Positions 37,563 to 50,227 of a stretch of 64,000 nt of DNA are shown piece by piece. Source of the DNA: Octopus vulgaris (lineage: Eukaryota); assembly GCA_951406725.2 (NCBI GenBank), contig OX597814.1, positions 77,314,001 through 77,378,000 of the forward strand. The letters are read 5' to 3'. Both the position numbers and the translations under genes were made by a program. Every line of letters starts with the position of its first letter. Position 1 is the stretch's first letter. Below the pieces are notes generated by a model. The model made no database searches, was not told the origin of the DNA, and saw nothing but the letters and a program-made list of their open reading frames with translations.

Positions 37563-38602
37563 CTAGCATTATGACCCGTCGTTGCCGGGTCATAGTGCTA
37601 GTGCATGTATATATGTGTATATATATGTGTACATATTACATGTACTTCTATATATATATACATCTACGCATAAAATACAAAATACAAAGTTATATCTTGA
37701 TATCGCTAGTGATAACAATACTCAAAATATATAACAGACTGGAATTGTTAGCCCGTCTCTTGTAATTTTGATCAATTGTATCCTGTCCTCCCTATTGTAT
37801 AGAAGTTTGGCTACAATTCAGCCTACCTCTACTTCTGGGGGGTGGGCATTTAAAATTTTTTTCCGGGACGTCCTACGTCCCAGATATAAAGGTAAAAATA
37901 AAATATTTCCACTTTGCAAGTTCGAGTCGAGTACTCCCTTGCACGCTCCGTTGACTCGAACTTTGCTTCTATTTTGGCGAATTTACCGCCTCAGATTAAA
38001 TATCTTTCATAGTCCCACCAAGACGCTTTTCAAAGGTGCTTTTCTCCATGTGTTCAAATCTTCTTTTTTCTCTATATTGTATACTTTATAGACAATAGTC
38101 TTTCCTTTAATTTAATTTTTTATTATCCATCTGGACTATTCCATTTCTGCACGCTAATTTTATTTTTAATTTATTCCCATACATGTGAAACCACTTATTC
38201 CAGTTCAAGTCATTGATGCAATTTTATACTAATTGCTATTTTTACCTTTGTTATGTTACGGTTATATTATACTTTAGTTTGATTTTAATTATTACTTACT
38301 ACATATAATTCAATTGTTATTATTATTTTTATTGTTAAAGTGAAAGCATCTGACATAAAATAGAGAAATGTTTTTCTTTCACTTTTAACACGTAATACTG
38401 AAATAGTGGAGAAGATATGATATTGCTTTTGGCTCGCTCTAGGCAAGAAGTTGAACATTTTTTTGCCCATGAAACTACATGGACCCTAAGTAAGGCATGT
38501 GTAAAATTTGAATGAAATTGGTTGTGTAGTTCTCAAGTTTTAGGGAAACACACAGACAGACAGACAGGAAGACACACATTCTCAGTTTTATATATATAAA
38601 GA
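37563..38602 (-). mobile_element. non-autonomous Helitron, copy 3
   Basis: Same TC...hairpin-CTAG termini. Confidence 0.75.
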
Positions 38603-38880
38603 TATATATATATATGAGTAATATATATATATCGATAGGTGAATGAATTATCCTATGTTTACCGTCAACATGGAAAATTCAATGAACCGATACCAGGATA
38701 GCAAATTCGCATCAGAAACACTGTTGAAGTGACCTGTCCAAGAGTAGAAATTCCAGGTTCATGTGCAGAAATTTGTGTGTTATATATGAATAAATAAATA
38801 AATGGAGTTGAACGAAGATGTTAACAAAATTCCTAAGGGAATTTTATTAACATCTTCGTTCAACTCCACTTATTTATTTA

Positions 38881-39020
<140 letters not shown>

Positions 39021-39598
39021 TATATATATATATATATATTCATATATATATATATATATATCATCATCATCATCATCATCATCATTTAACGTCCGCTTTC
39101 CATGCTAGCATGGGTTGGACGGTTCAACTAGGGTCTGGGGAGCCCGAAGGCTGCACCAGTCCAGTCAGATCTGGCAGTGTTTCTACAGCTGGATGCCCTT
39201 CCTAACGCCAACCACTCCGAGAGTGTAGTGGGTGATTTTATGTGCCACCGACACAGGTGCCAGACGAGGCTGGCAAACGGCCACGCTCGGATGGTGTTTT
39301 TTATGTGCCACCAACACAGGTGCCAGACGAGGCTGGCAGACGGCCACGCTCAGATGGTGTTTTTATGTGCCACCGACACAGGTGCCAGATGAGGCTGGCA
39401 AACGGCCACGATCGGATGGTGTTTGTTACATGCCCACAGCACAGAGGCCAGTCGATGCGGTACTGGCTACGGCCACGTTCAGATGGTTTTCTTGTGTGCC
39501 ACGTGCCACAAAGATACAAATTCCATTGATGTTCATCTATTTTGATTTGTTATATATATATATATTCATATATATCTATATATATATATATATATATA

Positions 39599-41145
39599 CT
39601 AGCATTATGACCCGTCGTTGCCGGGTCATAGTGCTAGTGCATGTATATATGTGTATATATATGTGTACATATTACATGTACTTCTATATATATACATCTA
39701 CGCATAAAATACAAAATACAAAGTTATATCTTGATATCGCTAGTGATAACAATACTCAAAATATATAACAGACTGGAATTGTAGGCTCGTCTCTTGCAAT
39801 TTCGCTCAATTGGATCTTGTCCTCCCTCTTGTATAGAAGTGTGGCTACAATCCAGCCTACCTTTACTTCTGGGGTGGGGTGGGGGGCATTTAAAATTTTT
39901 ATCCGGGACGTCCTACGTCCCAGATATAAAGCTAAAAATAAAATATTTCCACTTTGCAAGGTTCGAGTCGAGTACTCCCTTTCACGCTCCGTTGACTCGA
40001 ACTTTGCTTCTATTGTGGCGAATTTACCACCTCTGGTTAGATATCTCTCATAGTCGCACCAAGACACTTTTCGATGGTGCTTTCCTCCAGGTGTTCAAAT
40101 CTTTTTTTTTCTCTATATTTTATACTTTATAGACAATAATCTTTTCTTTAATTTAATTTTTTATTTCATTTGGTGCTGTTATCCTAGATTCACTGTCTTT
40201 GTCGGTGATCAATCCTTATTTCTTCTGTTTTAATTTTAATGAGTTCGCGCCCTCTGACGGCTGCAGCGAAATTCATTTTTGGAACTTTCTTCTATCGAAG
40301 GCATTCTAACAAAAATGCTTCCGTGTAAACGGTGAAAATATTGTCAATTTCCCCAAACAGGGACACAATTCAATTTTTAAACAATAACCAAAGCTCCTTC
40401 TCCAAAAGGGGGAGGGTTACAGTTTACAATTATTTAACAAATGCAACACAACAATGTTTCCTTTACGAGGAACCAACAAACGGGATAACAATAGTTAAAC
40501 ACTAATAATAATAACAACAAACCTTACGATGAGTCAGTAAGCAGTTGAAGCTCTAGTCCTTTATGTATAAGAAATAAACCATCAGGAGCGGCTGTTCGAG
40601 AAAACAGATATTACATACAGCCAAACTTCATATAGATACTTAATGCTAGCTAATTAACAGATAATCTAACGTAAAAGCACAGTTCCATCTGGACTATTCC
40701 ATTTCTGCACGCTAATTTTATTTTTAATTTATTCCCATTCATGTGAAACCACTTATTCAAGTTCAAGTCATTGATGCAATTTTATACCAATTGCTATTTT
40801 TACTTTTGTTATGTTACAATTATATTATACTTTAGTTTGATTTTAATTATTACTTACTACATATAATTCAATTGTTATTATTATTTTTATTGTTAAAGTG
40901 AAAGCATCTGACATAAAATAGAGAAATGTTTTTCTTTCACTTTTAACACGTAATATTGAAAGAGTGGAGAAGATATGATATTGCTTTGGGCTCGCTCTAG
41001 GCAAGAAGTTGAATAAAAGTTTTTTGCCGATGACACTCCCCAGACCCTAGGTAAGGCACGTGTAAAATTTGAATGAAATTGGTTGTGTAGTTCTCAAGTT
41101 TTAGAGAAACACACAGACAGACAGACAGGAAGACACACATTCTCA

Positions 41146-41160
<15 letters not shown>
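39599..41160 (-). mobile_element. non-autonomous Helitron, copy 4 (diverged, with ~520 bp of extra internal sequence)
   Basis: Homologous ends. The extra sequence at about 40166-40683 is absent from the other copies. Confidence 0.7.
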
Positions 41161-41176
<16 letters not shown>

Positions 41177-41177
41177 C

Positions 41178-42800
41178 ATGAGCTTCTGTGTCATTGCTGG
41201 CAAAAGGGTACAGTCCCTCAGGATATTCAGGATGCTAACATCGTTATGCATTACAAAAACAAAGATGACCGTGGTGATTGTAACAATTACCATGGAATAT
41301 CTCTTCTCAGCACAGTTGGAAAGACCTTTGCTCATGTTATCCTGTCCTAGCTATAGCTGCTTGCTTCTCAAATTTATCCAGAATCACCGTGTGGCTTTAG
41401 AAGAAGCAGATGAACTATTGACATGATATTCTCCATATGCCAACTTCAGGAGAAGTCCAGAGAGCAGAAAATGCTATTATATATATGGCCTTCATTGATC
41501 TGACAAAGGCCTTTGACTTGGTAAGTAGAAAAGGCCTCTTCATCCTGCTTCAAAAAATTGGATGTCCACTAAAGCTGCTGAGGATCATCAAATCTTTCCA
41601 TGATGATATGGTTCAACATCAGCCGCCTTCCAAATAAAAAATGGGGTAAAGCAAGGTTGTATCCTTGCTCCTACATTATTTGGCATCTTTTTGCTGCCGC
41701 TGTCACATGCCTTGGAGACATCAGATGATGGAGTGTTTCTGCACAGTAGAAGTGATGGGAAACTTCAATCTCTCGCATCTGTGTGCCAAGACCAAAATCA
41801 GAAGCGTCCTGATCAAGGAGATGCTCTTTGCTGATGATGCCGCTCTGGTATCACACACAGAAGAAGCCCTGCAAAGACTCATCAACTGTTTTGAGCAAGC
41901 ATGTAATGACTTTGGCTTAGTTATCAGCCTCAAGAAGACCAACATCATGGGTCAGGCTACATCGGACATCTCAAACATACATATTGGAGATCACAGACTA
42001 CAGGATGTGGAGAAGTTTACCTATCTTGGCTCTACAACCACCTACAACCTATCTCTTGATGCTAAGCTCAATGTATGCATTACCAAGGCAGCTGCTGTGA
42101 TGGCCCAACTCTCTAAACAAGCATGGGACAATAATAAGCTAACCAAGACCACAAAAAATGAAGATTTACCAGGCATCTGTACTTAGCACTCTACTGTATG
42201 GCAGTGAGACCTGGATGCCATACACATGCCAAGAGTGTCGCCTAAATATCTTTCACCTATGCTGCCTCCAGAAAATCCTTGGCATCAAATGGCAGAATTG
42301 TGTCCCCAACAAAGATGTCCTCTAGCATATAGGAATACCAAGCATGTTTGCACTCCTCACACAAAGACGCATGAGATGGCTTGGACATGTTAGTGATATG
42401 GAAGATGGCAGAATCCCCAAGGGGCACTAGGTCTGTGGGAAGGCTGTTCTTGCGATACAAGGATGTTTGCAAAAGAGACATGAAGGCTTGTGACATAAAT
42501 ATTAGCAGCTGGGAAGCAGTTGCCAGCAACCGTGGAGATTGGCGACGCACCGTAGAAGAGGGATCACAAAGGAGTAACAGAGGGAGAGAAGAGAAATGGA
42601 AAGACAAGATAAGATGTCAAGAAACTATGACATTACAACCAGCCAGGCAAAGTCTTCGCTACATTTGCGGCACCTGCCTGAGGGAAGGTTTGTCTGGGAT
42701 AGGACTACACAACCACAGCAGGAGATGTATTAGGACATCAAATGTAAAAACCACCGGACTAGATTATTTTATGTGCAACTCCATTGTCACCTAAGACAAA
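41178..42800 (+). mobile_element. decayed RTE/BovB-like LINE RT region
   Basis: Peptides YMAFIDLTKAFDLVSR, GVKQG, EMLFADDAAL, FTYLGS and RYKDVCKRDMK, with frameshifts. Confidence 0.85.
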
Positions 42801-42816
42801 AAAAAAAGGATGCCAA

Positions 42817-43170
42817 TCATCATCATCATCATCATCATCATTTAGCATCCACTTTCCATGCTAGCATGGGTTGGACAGTTCAACTGGGGTCTGTGAAGCC
42901 AGAAGGCTGCATCAGGCCCAGTCTGATCTGGCAATGTTTCTACGGCTGGATGCCCTTCCTAACGCCAACCACTCCGTGAGTGTAGTGGGTGCTTTTTACG
43001 TGCCAGACGAGGCTGGCAAACGGCCACGATTGGATGGTTCTTTTTACGTGCCACTGGCATGGGGGCCAGGCGAGGCTGGCAACGACCACGATCGGATGGT
43101 GCTTTTTACGTGCCACCGGCACGGAGGCCTGTCGGGGCGGCGCTGGCAACGGCCACGTTTGGATGGTTTT
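42817..43170 (-). mobile_element. RTE 3'-end fragment
   Basis: (CAT)n, terminus and ~60-bp repeats. Confidence 0.8.
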
Positions 43171-43548
43171 CTCTATCTCTATGTCTTCACACTGTTTCTC
43201 TTTCTATTTCTTTCGATTACCACTCGACAGGACTTCCTACTTCCCCTCCCCTCCACTACCACCATATATAAACTAACGCACGTATTATAGCGCCCCTATT
43301 TTCAATTCAAACTGTTGCTGTAAACTACGAACGGAAAGATGACCCACAGATAAGCATTCTTAAATTCATCCCGTTACCTACGTAGTAATATTTCTGTGCA
43401 ATTGTTTAACCTTTAGTTATCTCTATTCTGTTTGACTCTGTCTATTTCAGCCTCACGTATTGTGTTAAATATATATACAATTCTATAGTCCCTCTTACTT
43501 ATCAATATCTAAGATAAATTTCAGCCTCACGTCTCGTGTTAAATATAT

Positions 43549-43725
43549 TGTTACGAACCACCTGCCGTCGCTCAAACTCTTTGGAAAAACCCGGGACCCC
43601 ACCAAGTTGAGCGACGATGATTTACCGGCCCGATCGATCGGGCCAGTAAATCGTCGTCGCTCAACTTGGTAGGGTCCCGGATTTTTCCGAAGAGTTTGAG
43701 CGACGGCAGGTGGGATTTTGTAACA
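43549..43725 (+). repeat. palindromic LTR-like segment (TGTTAC...GTAACA)
   Basis: 177 bp, self-complementary about the centre ggcccgatc|gatcgggcc (43635/43636). The PBS follows 2 nt later. Confidence 0.8.
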
Positions 43726-43727
43726 AC

Positions 43728-43745
43728 TGGTGTCAGAAGTGGGAT
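43728..43745 (+). other. primer-binding site, tRNA-Leu
   Basis: TGGTGTCAGAAGTGGGAT is the complement of the tRNA-Leu 3' end ATCCCACTTCTGACACCA. Confidence 0.85.
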
Positions 43746-46029
43746 TGTCCTGATTGCTGCGGTCGGTCAGTTGTTCACTATGGATTCGGTGGAGGCACGA
43801 ACTGGTAGCCAGACTGGAGAGGAAGAGATCTTGCTTGCCTTGATAGTGGAGATGTTGAGGGGCCAGATTGCGCAGACGCACGCATTCAACGAAGAGATGC
43901 GTAAGAGGCGACAGGGCCTGTGGGCAGATCAGCAAGTGCTTGAGGTTGCGGATGGGTCAGCTTTGGAGGATCGGTGTTGGACCGGGGATAGAGACGGTCC
44001 TGTGGGCGGAGATTGCCCGTCAAATGAAGTGGAAAGTGAAGAGTGTGGGTTGGAGGAACCCTGTGATGCTGGACCTGAAGTGGATGTTGTGGAAACTGAA
44101 ACAGATGTTGCTGAGTCTGATGTTGAGAAGCCCGAAGAGTGTGTGTTGTCTGCTGCTGTTGTTCCGTGTCTGGGGCCTTTGGCATCTCGACCCCTGTCTC
44201 TCGGGACTCAGGACGAAGAGCTGGTGAAGTCTGGAGCTGATGTCGCTGAGTCCAAGGAGCCGGCTGTGTGTGTGGTGGCTGCTGCGGTTGATGTTCCGTG
44301 TCTGAGTCCTTTGGTGTCTGGACCCCTGTATCTCGGGGCTCAGAAGGACTGTATGGTGCCCACTGTGGAGAGGCCACAGGTGTGGATGGACTGTCGGACG
44401 AGCGTGCGTTCTGAGAAGCCTTCGGTGCAGGAGCTGGTAACGAAGAGGACCAAGCCTGGTGGTGAGGCGAGACGGCGGCAAACGGTGGTAGGACCACAGA
44501 GTACTGGAAGACTGCTCCAGTGTTGGGTGAGCTTTGTGTTCGATGGTTGCTTGGGGCTGGTGGAGCCCGACAGGCAGTGCCTGGTGAAAGCTCAAGTGAG
44601 GGTCGGGTGGACCCTGGTAGAGGCAGAAGTTGACAGAGCGCTGGTTGGGTCGGCCGATTTATTGGAGGCTGTGCAGGCGATTTGTAGAGGGCAAATCGGG
44701 GAACGGCACTGGACGGTGGACCAGCGGCAGGGCCAGTTCTGCCAGTACAGTAATGCAGTCGAAGGAGTAGGTGGTCTACCGATGCAGTTGCGGAGACGGT
44801 CCGCAGGGAGTCGCTGGTGCTTGGTTGGCGCTCGGAGGTTGCGGAAGAAGCAACCGTTGGTGAAAAGCGCAGGACGTTGGTCACGAGGGTTGTTGGATGT
44901 TGGTCGCACGGACCTGGCGGAACGTTTCGTCGACCCGGGCGGTCGTCGCTCGAGGAGGCAGCAAGGCCGGAAGATGGTCCCAGTTCGGCAGCGAAAGATG
45001 AGGAGATATCGGCGACAGGGGGCATGAAAGGGCGGAACGGCCACTGGTCGTCGGCCTTAGTTGTGCAGAATGGAGACAGCACAGCAAGGTGCTACGTGGG
45101 GTATAGAGCGCTGAGGGAAGTGGCCACTGTGAAGGATTGGCCGGACCCTGCTTGTGTGAGGGAGCTAAGGAACTCCCTCGGACGGTGCGCCCATTGTAGG
45201 CGGCTCGTGGGAGGCCTCGTGGCCTTGGCGGAGATGTTACCCAAGCCGCAGAGGGAAGATGCCAACTTGTGGCCAGTGGTGAAGTGGTGGCCGTGGGAGG
45301 CGAGACCTCCGGAAGAGAAACCACCCAGGGAGACCTCCAGTTCCTGGAGCATCTGCTGGAGCTCGCCCTCGGAGGTACGGGTTTAGTGTGCTTCTGTCGG
45401 GTCGACAAAGCTTAGGTAGGGTGTAGTGTTATGGGGGTCAATTCAGGGACAGTGCTTGCGACCGAGTTTTGTGAGTAAATCCTCTGTCCTGTCAGATTCA
45501 GGTGAATTGATGAGTTCTGAGGAGACCTTCGACCCTTTTCAGGTGAAAGAAAGTTCGAGGAAACACCCCTTAAAAAGCAGGAGATGTGAGTCTGTTGGAC
45601 AGTTGAGGACAGAGCGAGTTAGTAACAGGTTGTTTCTGCGGTGACAGTGAACGTGAAAGAGGAAGACAGGCAGAGAAGATTAAGGAGCTGAGAAGGAACT
45701 GAGAGAGATTGCGGCGAGAGGGCATGGTGATTACAGTAGTAGTTTCTGAAATTGTTGCAGACGGGAAAGAACGTTCGGTAAAGTTTTGTTTGTGTCTTTT
45801 GGTTGTTGTATTTTGATGTGTTAAAAAAAAAAGAGAAAGAAGGAAATAGGAAAAAGAAAGAACAGTGCTAAAGAGAAAAAGAAATGAGATTATAAAGAAC
45901 ATTGTGAATTGTGTTACAGAGTTGTTGATACGTGTTAAAGAAAGAGAAGGACTTTAATGTGATTTGAACATTGAACTGCATCGTTAATGTGAACAAATAA
46001 TGTTCACATTATATATATATATATGTATA

Positions 46030-46094
<65 letters not shown>

Positions 46095-46126
46095 GTATAT
46101 ATATATATGAGTAATATACATATATA

Positions 46127-47172
46127 CTAGCATTAAAGACCCGTCGTTGCCAGGTCATAGTGCTAGTGCATGTATATATGTGTATATATATGTGTACATA
46201 TTACATGTACATCTATATATACATCTACACATTAAATACAAAATACAAAGTTATATCTTGATATCGTTAGTGTTAACAATGCTCAAAATATATAACAGAC
46301 TGGAATTGTTAGCCCGTCTCTTGTAATTTCGATCAATTGTATCTTGTCCTCCCTCTTGTATAGAAGTGTGGCTACAATCCAGCCTACCTCTACTTCGGGG
46401 TGGGGTGGGGCATTTTAAATTTTATTCCAGGACATTCTATGTCCCAGATATAAAGGTAAAAATAAAATATTTCCAATTTGCAAGTTCGAGTCGAGTACTC
46501 CCTTGCACGCTCCGTTGACTCGAACCTTGCCCTTGCTTCTATTGTGGCGAATTTACCGCCTCTGATTAGATACCTTTCATAGTCCCACCAAGACACTTTT
46601 CAAAGGTGCTTTTCTCCATGTGTTCAAATCTTCTTTTTTCTCTACATTGTATACTTTATAGACAATAGTCTTTTCTTTAATTTAATTTTTTATTATTCAT
46701 CTGGACTATTCCATTTCTGCACGCTAATTTTATTTTTAATTTATTCCCATTCATGTGAAACCACTTATTCAAGCTCAAGTCATTGATGCAATTTTATACC
46801 AATTGCTATTTTTACTTTTGTTATGTTACAATTATATTATACTTTAGTTTGATTTTAATTATTACTTACTACATATAATTCAATTGTTATTATTATTTTT
46901 ATTGTTAAAGTGAAAGCATCTGACATAAAATAGAGAGAAATGTTTTTCTTTCACTTTTAACACGTAATACTGAAATAGTGGAGAAGATATGATATTGCTT
47001 TTGGCTCGCTCTAGGCAAGAAGTTGAACATTTTTTTTTGCCCATGAAACTACATGGACCCTAAGTAAGGCATGTGTAAAATTTGAATGAAATTGGTTGTG
47101 TAGTTCTCAAGTTTTAGGGAAACACACAGACAGACAGGAAGACACACATTCTCAGTTTTATATATATAAAGA
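46127..47172 (-). mobile_element. non-autonomous Helitron, copy 5
   Basis: Same termini and body as copies 1-3, slightly diverged. Confidence 0.75.
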
Positions 47173-47184
47173 TATATATATATA

Positions 47185-49590
47185 TCATCATCATAATCAT
47201 CATTATTGTTTAACGTCCGTTCTCCATGCTAGCATGGGTTGGACAGTTCAACAGGGGATCTGGGAAGCCAGAAGGCTGCACCAGGCTCCGGTCTTATCTG
47301 GCAATGTTTCTACAGCTGGATGCCCTTCCTAACGCCAACCACTCCGTGAGTGTAGTGGGTGCTTTTTACGTGCCACCTGCACTGGTGTCAGGCGAGGCTG
47401 GCATCGGCCACGCTCGGATTGGTGCATTTTACGTGCCACCTGCACGGAAGCCAGTCGAGGCGGCACTGGCTTCGGCCATGATTCGGATGGTGCTTTTTAC
47501 GTGCCACCGACACGGAAGCCAATCGAGGCGGCGCTGGTATCGGCCACGATTCGGATAGTGCTTTTTACGTATCTCCAGTCCAGGGGTCCTGGCTTCTGCC
47601 GGGTGCCAGTCATAGGATTGGTTCAATTTCGATTCCGATTTCACTTGCCCCAACAGGTCTTTGCAAGCAAAGGGGGGTAGGCATAGGTGCCTGTCGTCGG
47701 ATGAGGTTCGATATCGACTTCGTTTGCCTCAACAGGTCTTTGTGTGTCCAAGGGAGGAAAGGCATGCATAAGTGGGCTGGCTATTCTTACTCTAGCCGTT
47801 ACACTTTCAGCACACCCACCCCCACTACTGACTTGGTCACCAAGATAACGGAAGCTATCAACTACTTCTAGTTTTTTCCCCTGGAAAGTGACGGAAGTTG
47901 TTTTCTGCAGATTTTCAGAGGTTAATGCTCCCGAGCATCTGCCACATACAAAAACCATCTTCCTAGTTAGCCTTCCTATGACATTGCTGCACCTCTTATG
48001 TGTCCATAGCTTACACTTGGTGCATCTTATAGAGTTTCTACCTACACCTATTCTACAGATCGAGCAGGGCCATCTACCTGAAGGCGTTTGTGATTTGTCT
48101 ACCTTCCTACTTATTACAACTTTGGTTTTAGCTAGATTGACTCTAAGGCCCTTCAATTCTAAACCTTGCTTCCACACCTGAAACTTCTCCTCCAGTTCTG
48201 ATAGTGACTCAGCAATTAGAGCAAGGTCATCAGCATAGAGGAGCTCCCAGGGGCATCCTGTCTTGAATTCCTCCGTTATTGCCTGGAGGACTATGATAAA
48301 TAGGAGGGGGCTGAGGACTGAGCCTTGGTGGACCCCTACCTCTACCCGGAATTCTTCACTGTACTCGTTGCCAACCCTCACCTTACTAGCAGCGTCCCTG
48401 TACATGGCTCGCACAGCTCTCACTAACCATTCATCTATCCCTAGTTTCCTCATTGACCACCAGATGAGGGATCGGGGGACCCTGTCGAAGGCTTTCTCCA
48501 TGTCAACAAAAGCCAGGTACAGGGGCTTATCTTTGGCTAGGTATTTCTCCTGCAGCTGCCTTACCAGGAATATAGCATCAGTGGTACTTTACCCTGGCAC
48601 GAACCCAAACTGCGTTCATCTAAACTAACTCTCTCTCTAATTAGTTGGCTTATGACCCTCTCTGTAACCTTCATCACCTGATCCAACAGCTTGATACCTC
48701 TGTAATTATTTGTATCTAGAGCATCACCTCTACCTTTGTAGCAGTTGACTATTATGCTGCTACACCAGTCATTGGGTATGACTCCTTCATGTATCACCTG
48801 ATTAACTATACGGGTGACTAGGCTATAACCGACACTACCAGATATTTTGAGCATCTCTGCAGTGATACCTGATGGGCCTGGGGCTTTCCCTGTCTTCATG
48901 CTTCTAATTGCCTTAACTACCAAGGAACTATCAACCCTGATAGCTGGTCCCTTTGTTGGGTCAACGTTCGGCAGACTCTCTTTATCTCATTCATTTTCTT
49001 TATTCAGCAACCTTTCATAGTGGCGTCTCCAAGCCTCTCTCTTTGCATCCTCGTTTAGCGCAAGTGAACCATCTTCCATGCGAACACACTTCTCTCCTAC
49101 CACATCACAATTCTCTCTCACACACTGTCTTGCAACGCGAAACACCTCCAGTCTTTAGTCCTCACGGCGCAGAACATTGGCAAATTTTTTCTTATCTGCT
49201 TCCCCTCTGGCTAGATAGACCTGTCTCCTAGCTTCCCTTTTAGCAGTCTGATACAATTCCCTGCTACCACCATTCTTCCAGTGCTTCCAAGTCTGTCTCT
49301 TTTCTCTAATAGCCCTGTCTAGAACACTGTTCCACCACCACGTTACCTTGGGACGAGAGAGGACTTTGCACCATCCACAGATCTGGTCAGTGGCTCTCAG
49401 CAGGTTGTCCCTTAGAAACGTCCAGTTGCCCTCTACCCCATGTGATACTCTATCCTCTTCTACTTCGTCAAAGGCTTCAAGTAGCATGTCCCTAAATCTC
49501 TGTCCATTCGCAGGATCTTTAAGCTTCCAGATCCTTCTTCTCCATGTTGGTCGTCTTCTGGTTGTCCTCCTAGTCCTGATCCTAAAGTCA
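47185..49590 (-). mobile_element. 5'-truncated RTE-clade LINE with RT domain and an internal deletion
   Basis: Peptides KTGKAPGPSGI, NYRGIKLL, DMEKAFDRVP, GVHQGSVLSPLLF, LLYADDL and FRYLG, then the 3' UTR and (GAT)n tail. Confidence 0.9.
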
Positions 49591-49901
49591 AGCGTTTTGT
49601 TTGGATAGCTTGATCTGTTCTCCCTTCGTTTCTCTTCTCTAAACATGGCGACTACATGCATTGCATTTTTAAAGTTTATTTTCCTTCAGAGCCATCTTCG
49701 ATGTTTATCCCATTCTCCTCCGAAAATATGCCCCCTCGTTTCCTACCGTATTTTTTTTTTCATTATTTATCTATTTTCTTTCTCTACCGTATTTTTTATT
49801 ATTTATCTATTTTCACTCATTCTCTGTCTGGCTTTCATTCAGTTTTTATCTAATTAATTATTTCTCCCCCTCAAATATAGTATTCAAACTAGTTGCTTCG
49901 A

Positions 49902-49904
<3 letters not shown>

Positions 49905-49960
<56 letters not shown>
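49905..49960. repeat. (CT)n microsatellite
   Basis: About 28 CT units. Confidence 0.95.
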
Positions 49961-49963
<3 letters not shown>

Positions 49964-49988
49964 TTTCCGTCCCCCTCCCTAATTCCCT

Positions 49989-49996
49989 TATAAAAG
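49989..49996 (+). promoter_or_regulatory. TATA box 30 bp upstream of the first Tx1 unit
   Basis: TATAAAAG in a GC-rich context. The repeated unit begins at 50019. Confidence 0.6.
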
Positions 49997-50227
49997 CCAG
50001 CGAGCGATCGTATCCCATCCCCATCCACTCGCTACCTTTCATCTGCGTTTTGAGAAATTTGCTGCCTTTTGTTGAGAGAGTTCGAATTTTTGCTCATCGT
50101 TGTTTGTGTTAATTGTTATTTGAACAGTGCCCGTTGTGTAACGGTAATTTTCGCCCTACGGGGCAGAAAATTCTGTATTTAAAATTGTTATTACCTTCGA
50201 GGTAATTTTTGAAACATTTTTTGAGAA

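Larger units (their letters stand above)
43549..45990 (+). mobile_element. non-autonomous Gypsy-derived element with a long degenerate ORF and deleted RT core
   Basis: ORFs 43666-45027 and 44817-45386 contain relics resembling Gypsy pol: GRTDLAERFVDPG, WSSALVVQNGDSTARCYVGYRALREV and VKDWPDPACVRELRNSLGRCAHCRRLV. The right boundary is approximate. Confidence 0.7.

Noticed and set aside
43886-45082. 398-aa antisense ORF as an independent gene
   Set aside because: It is Pro/Ser-rich with no recognisable domain, and is the shadow of a GC-rich retroelement strand.
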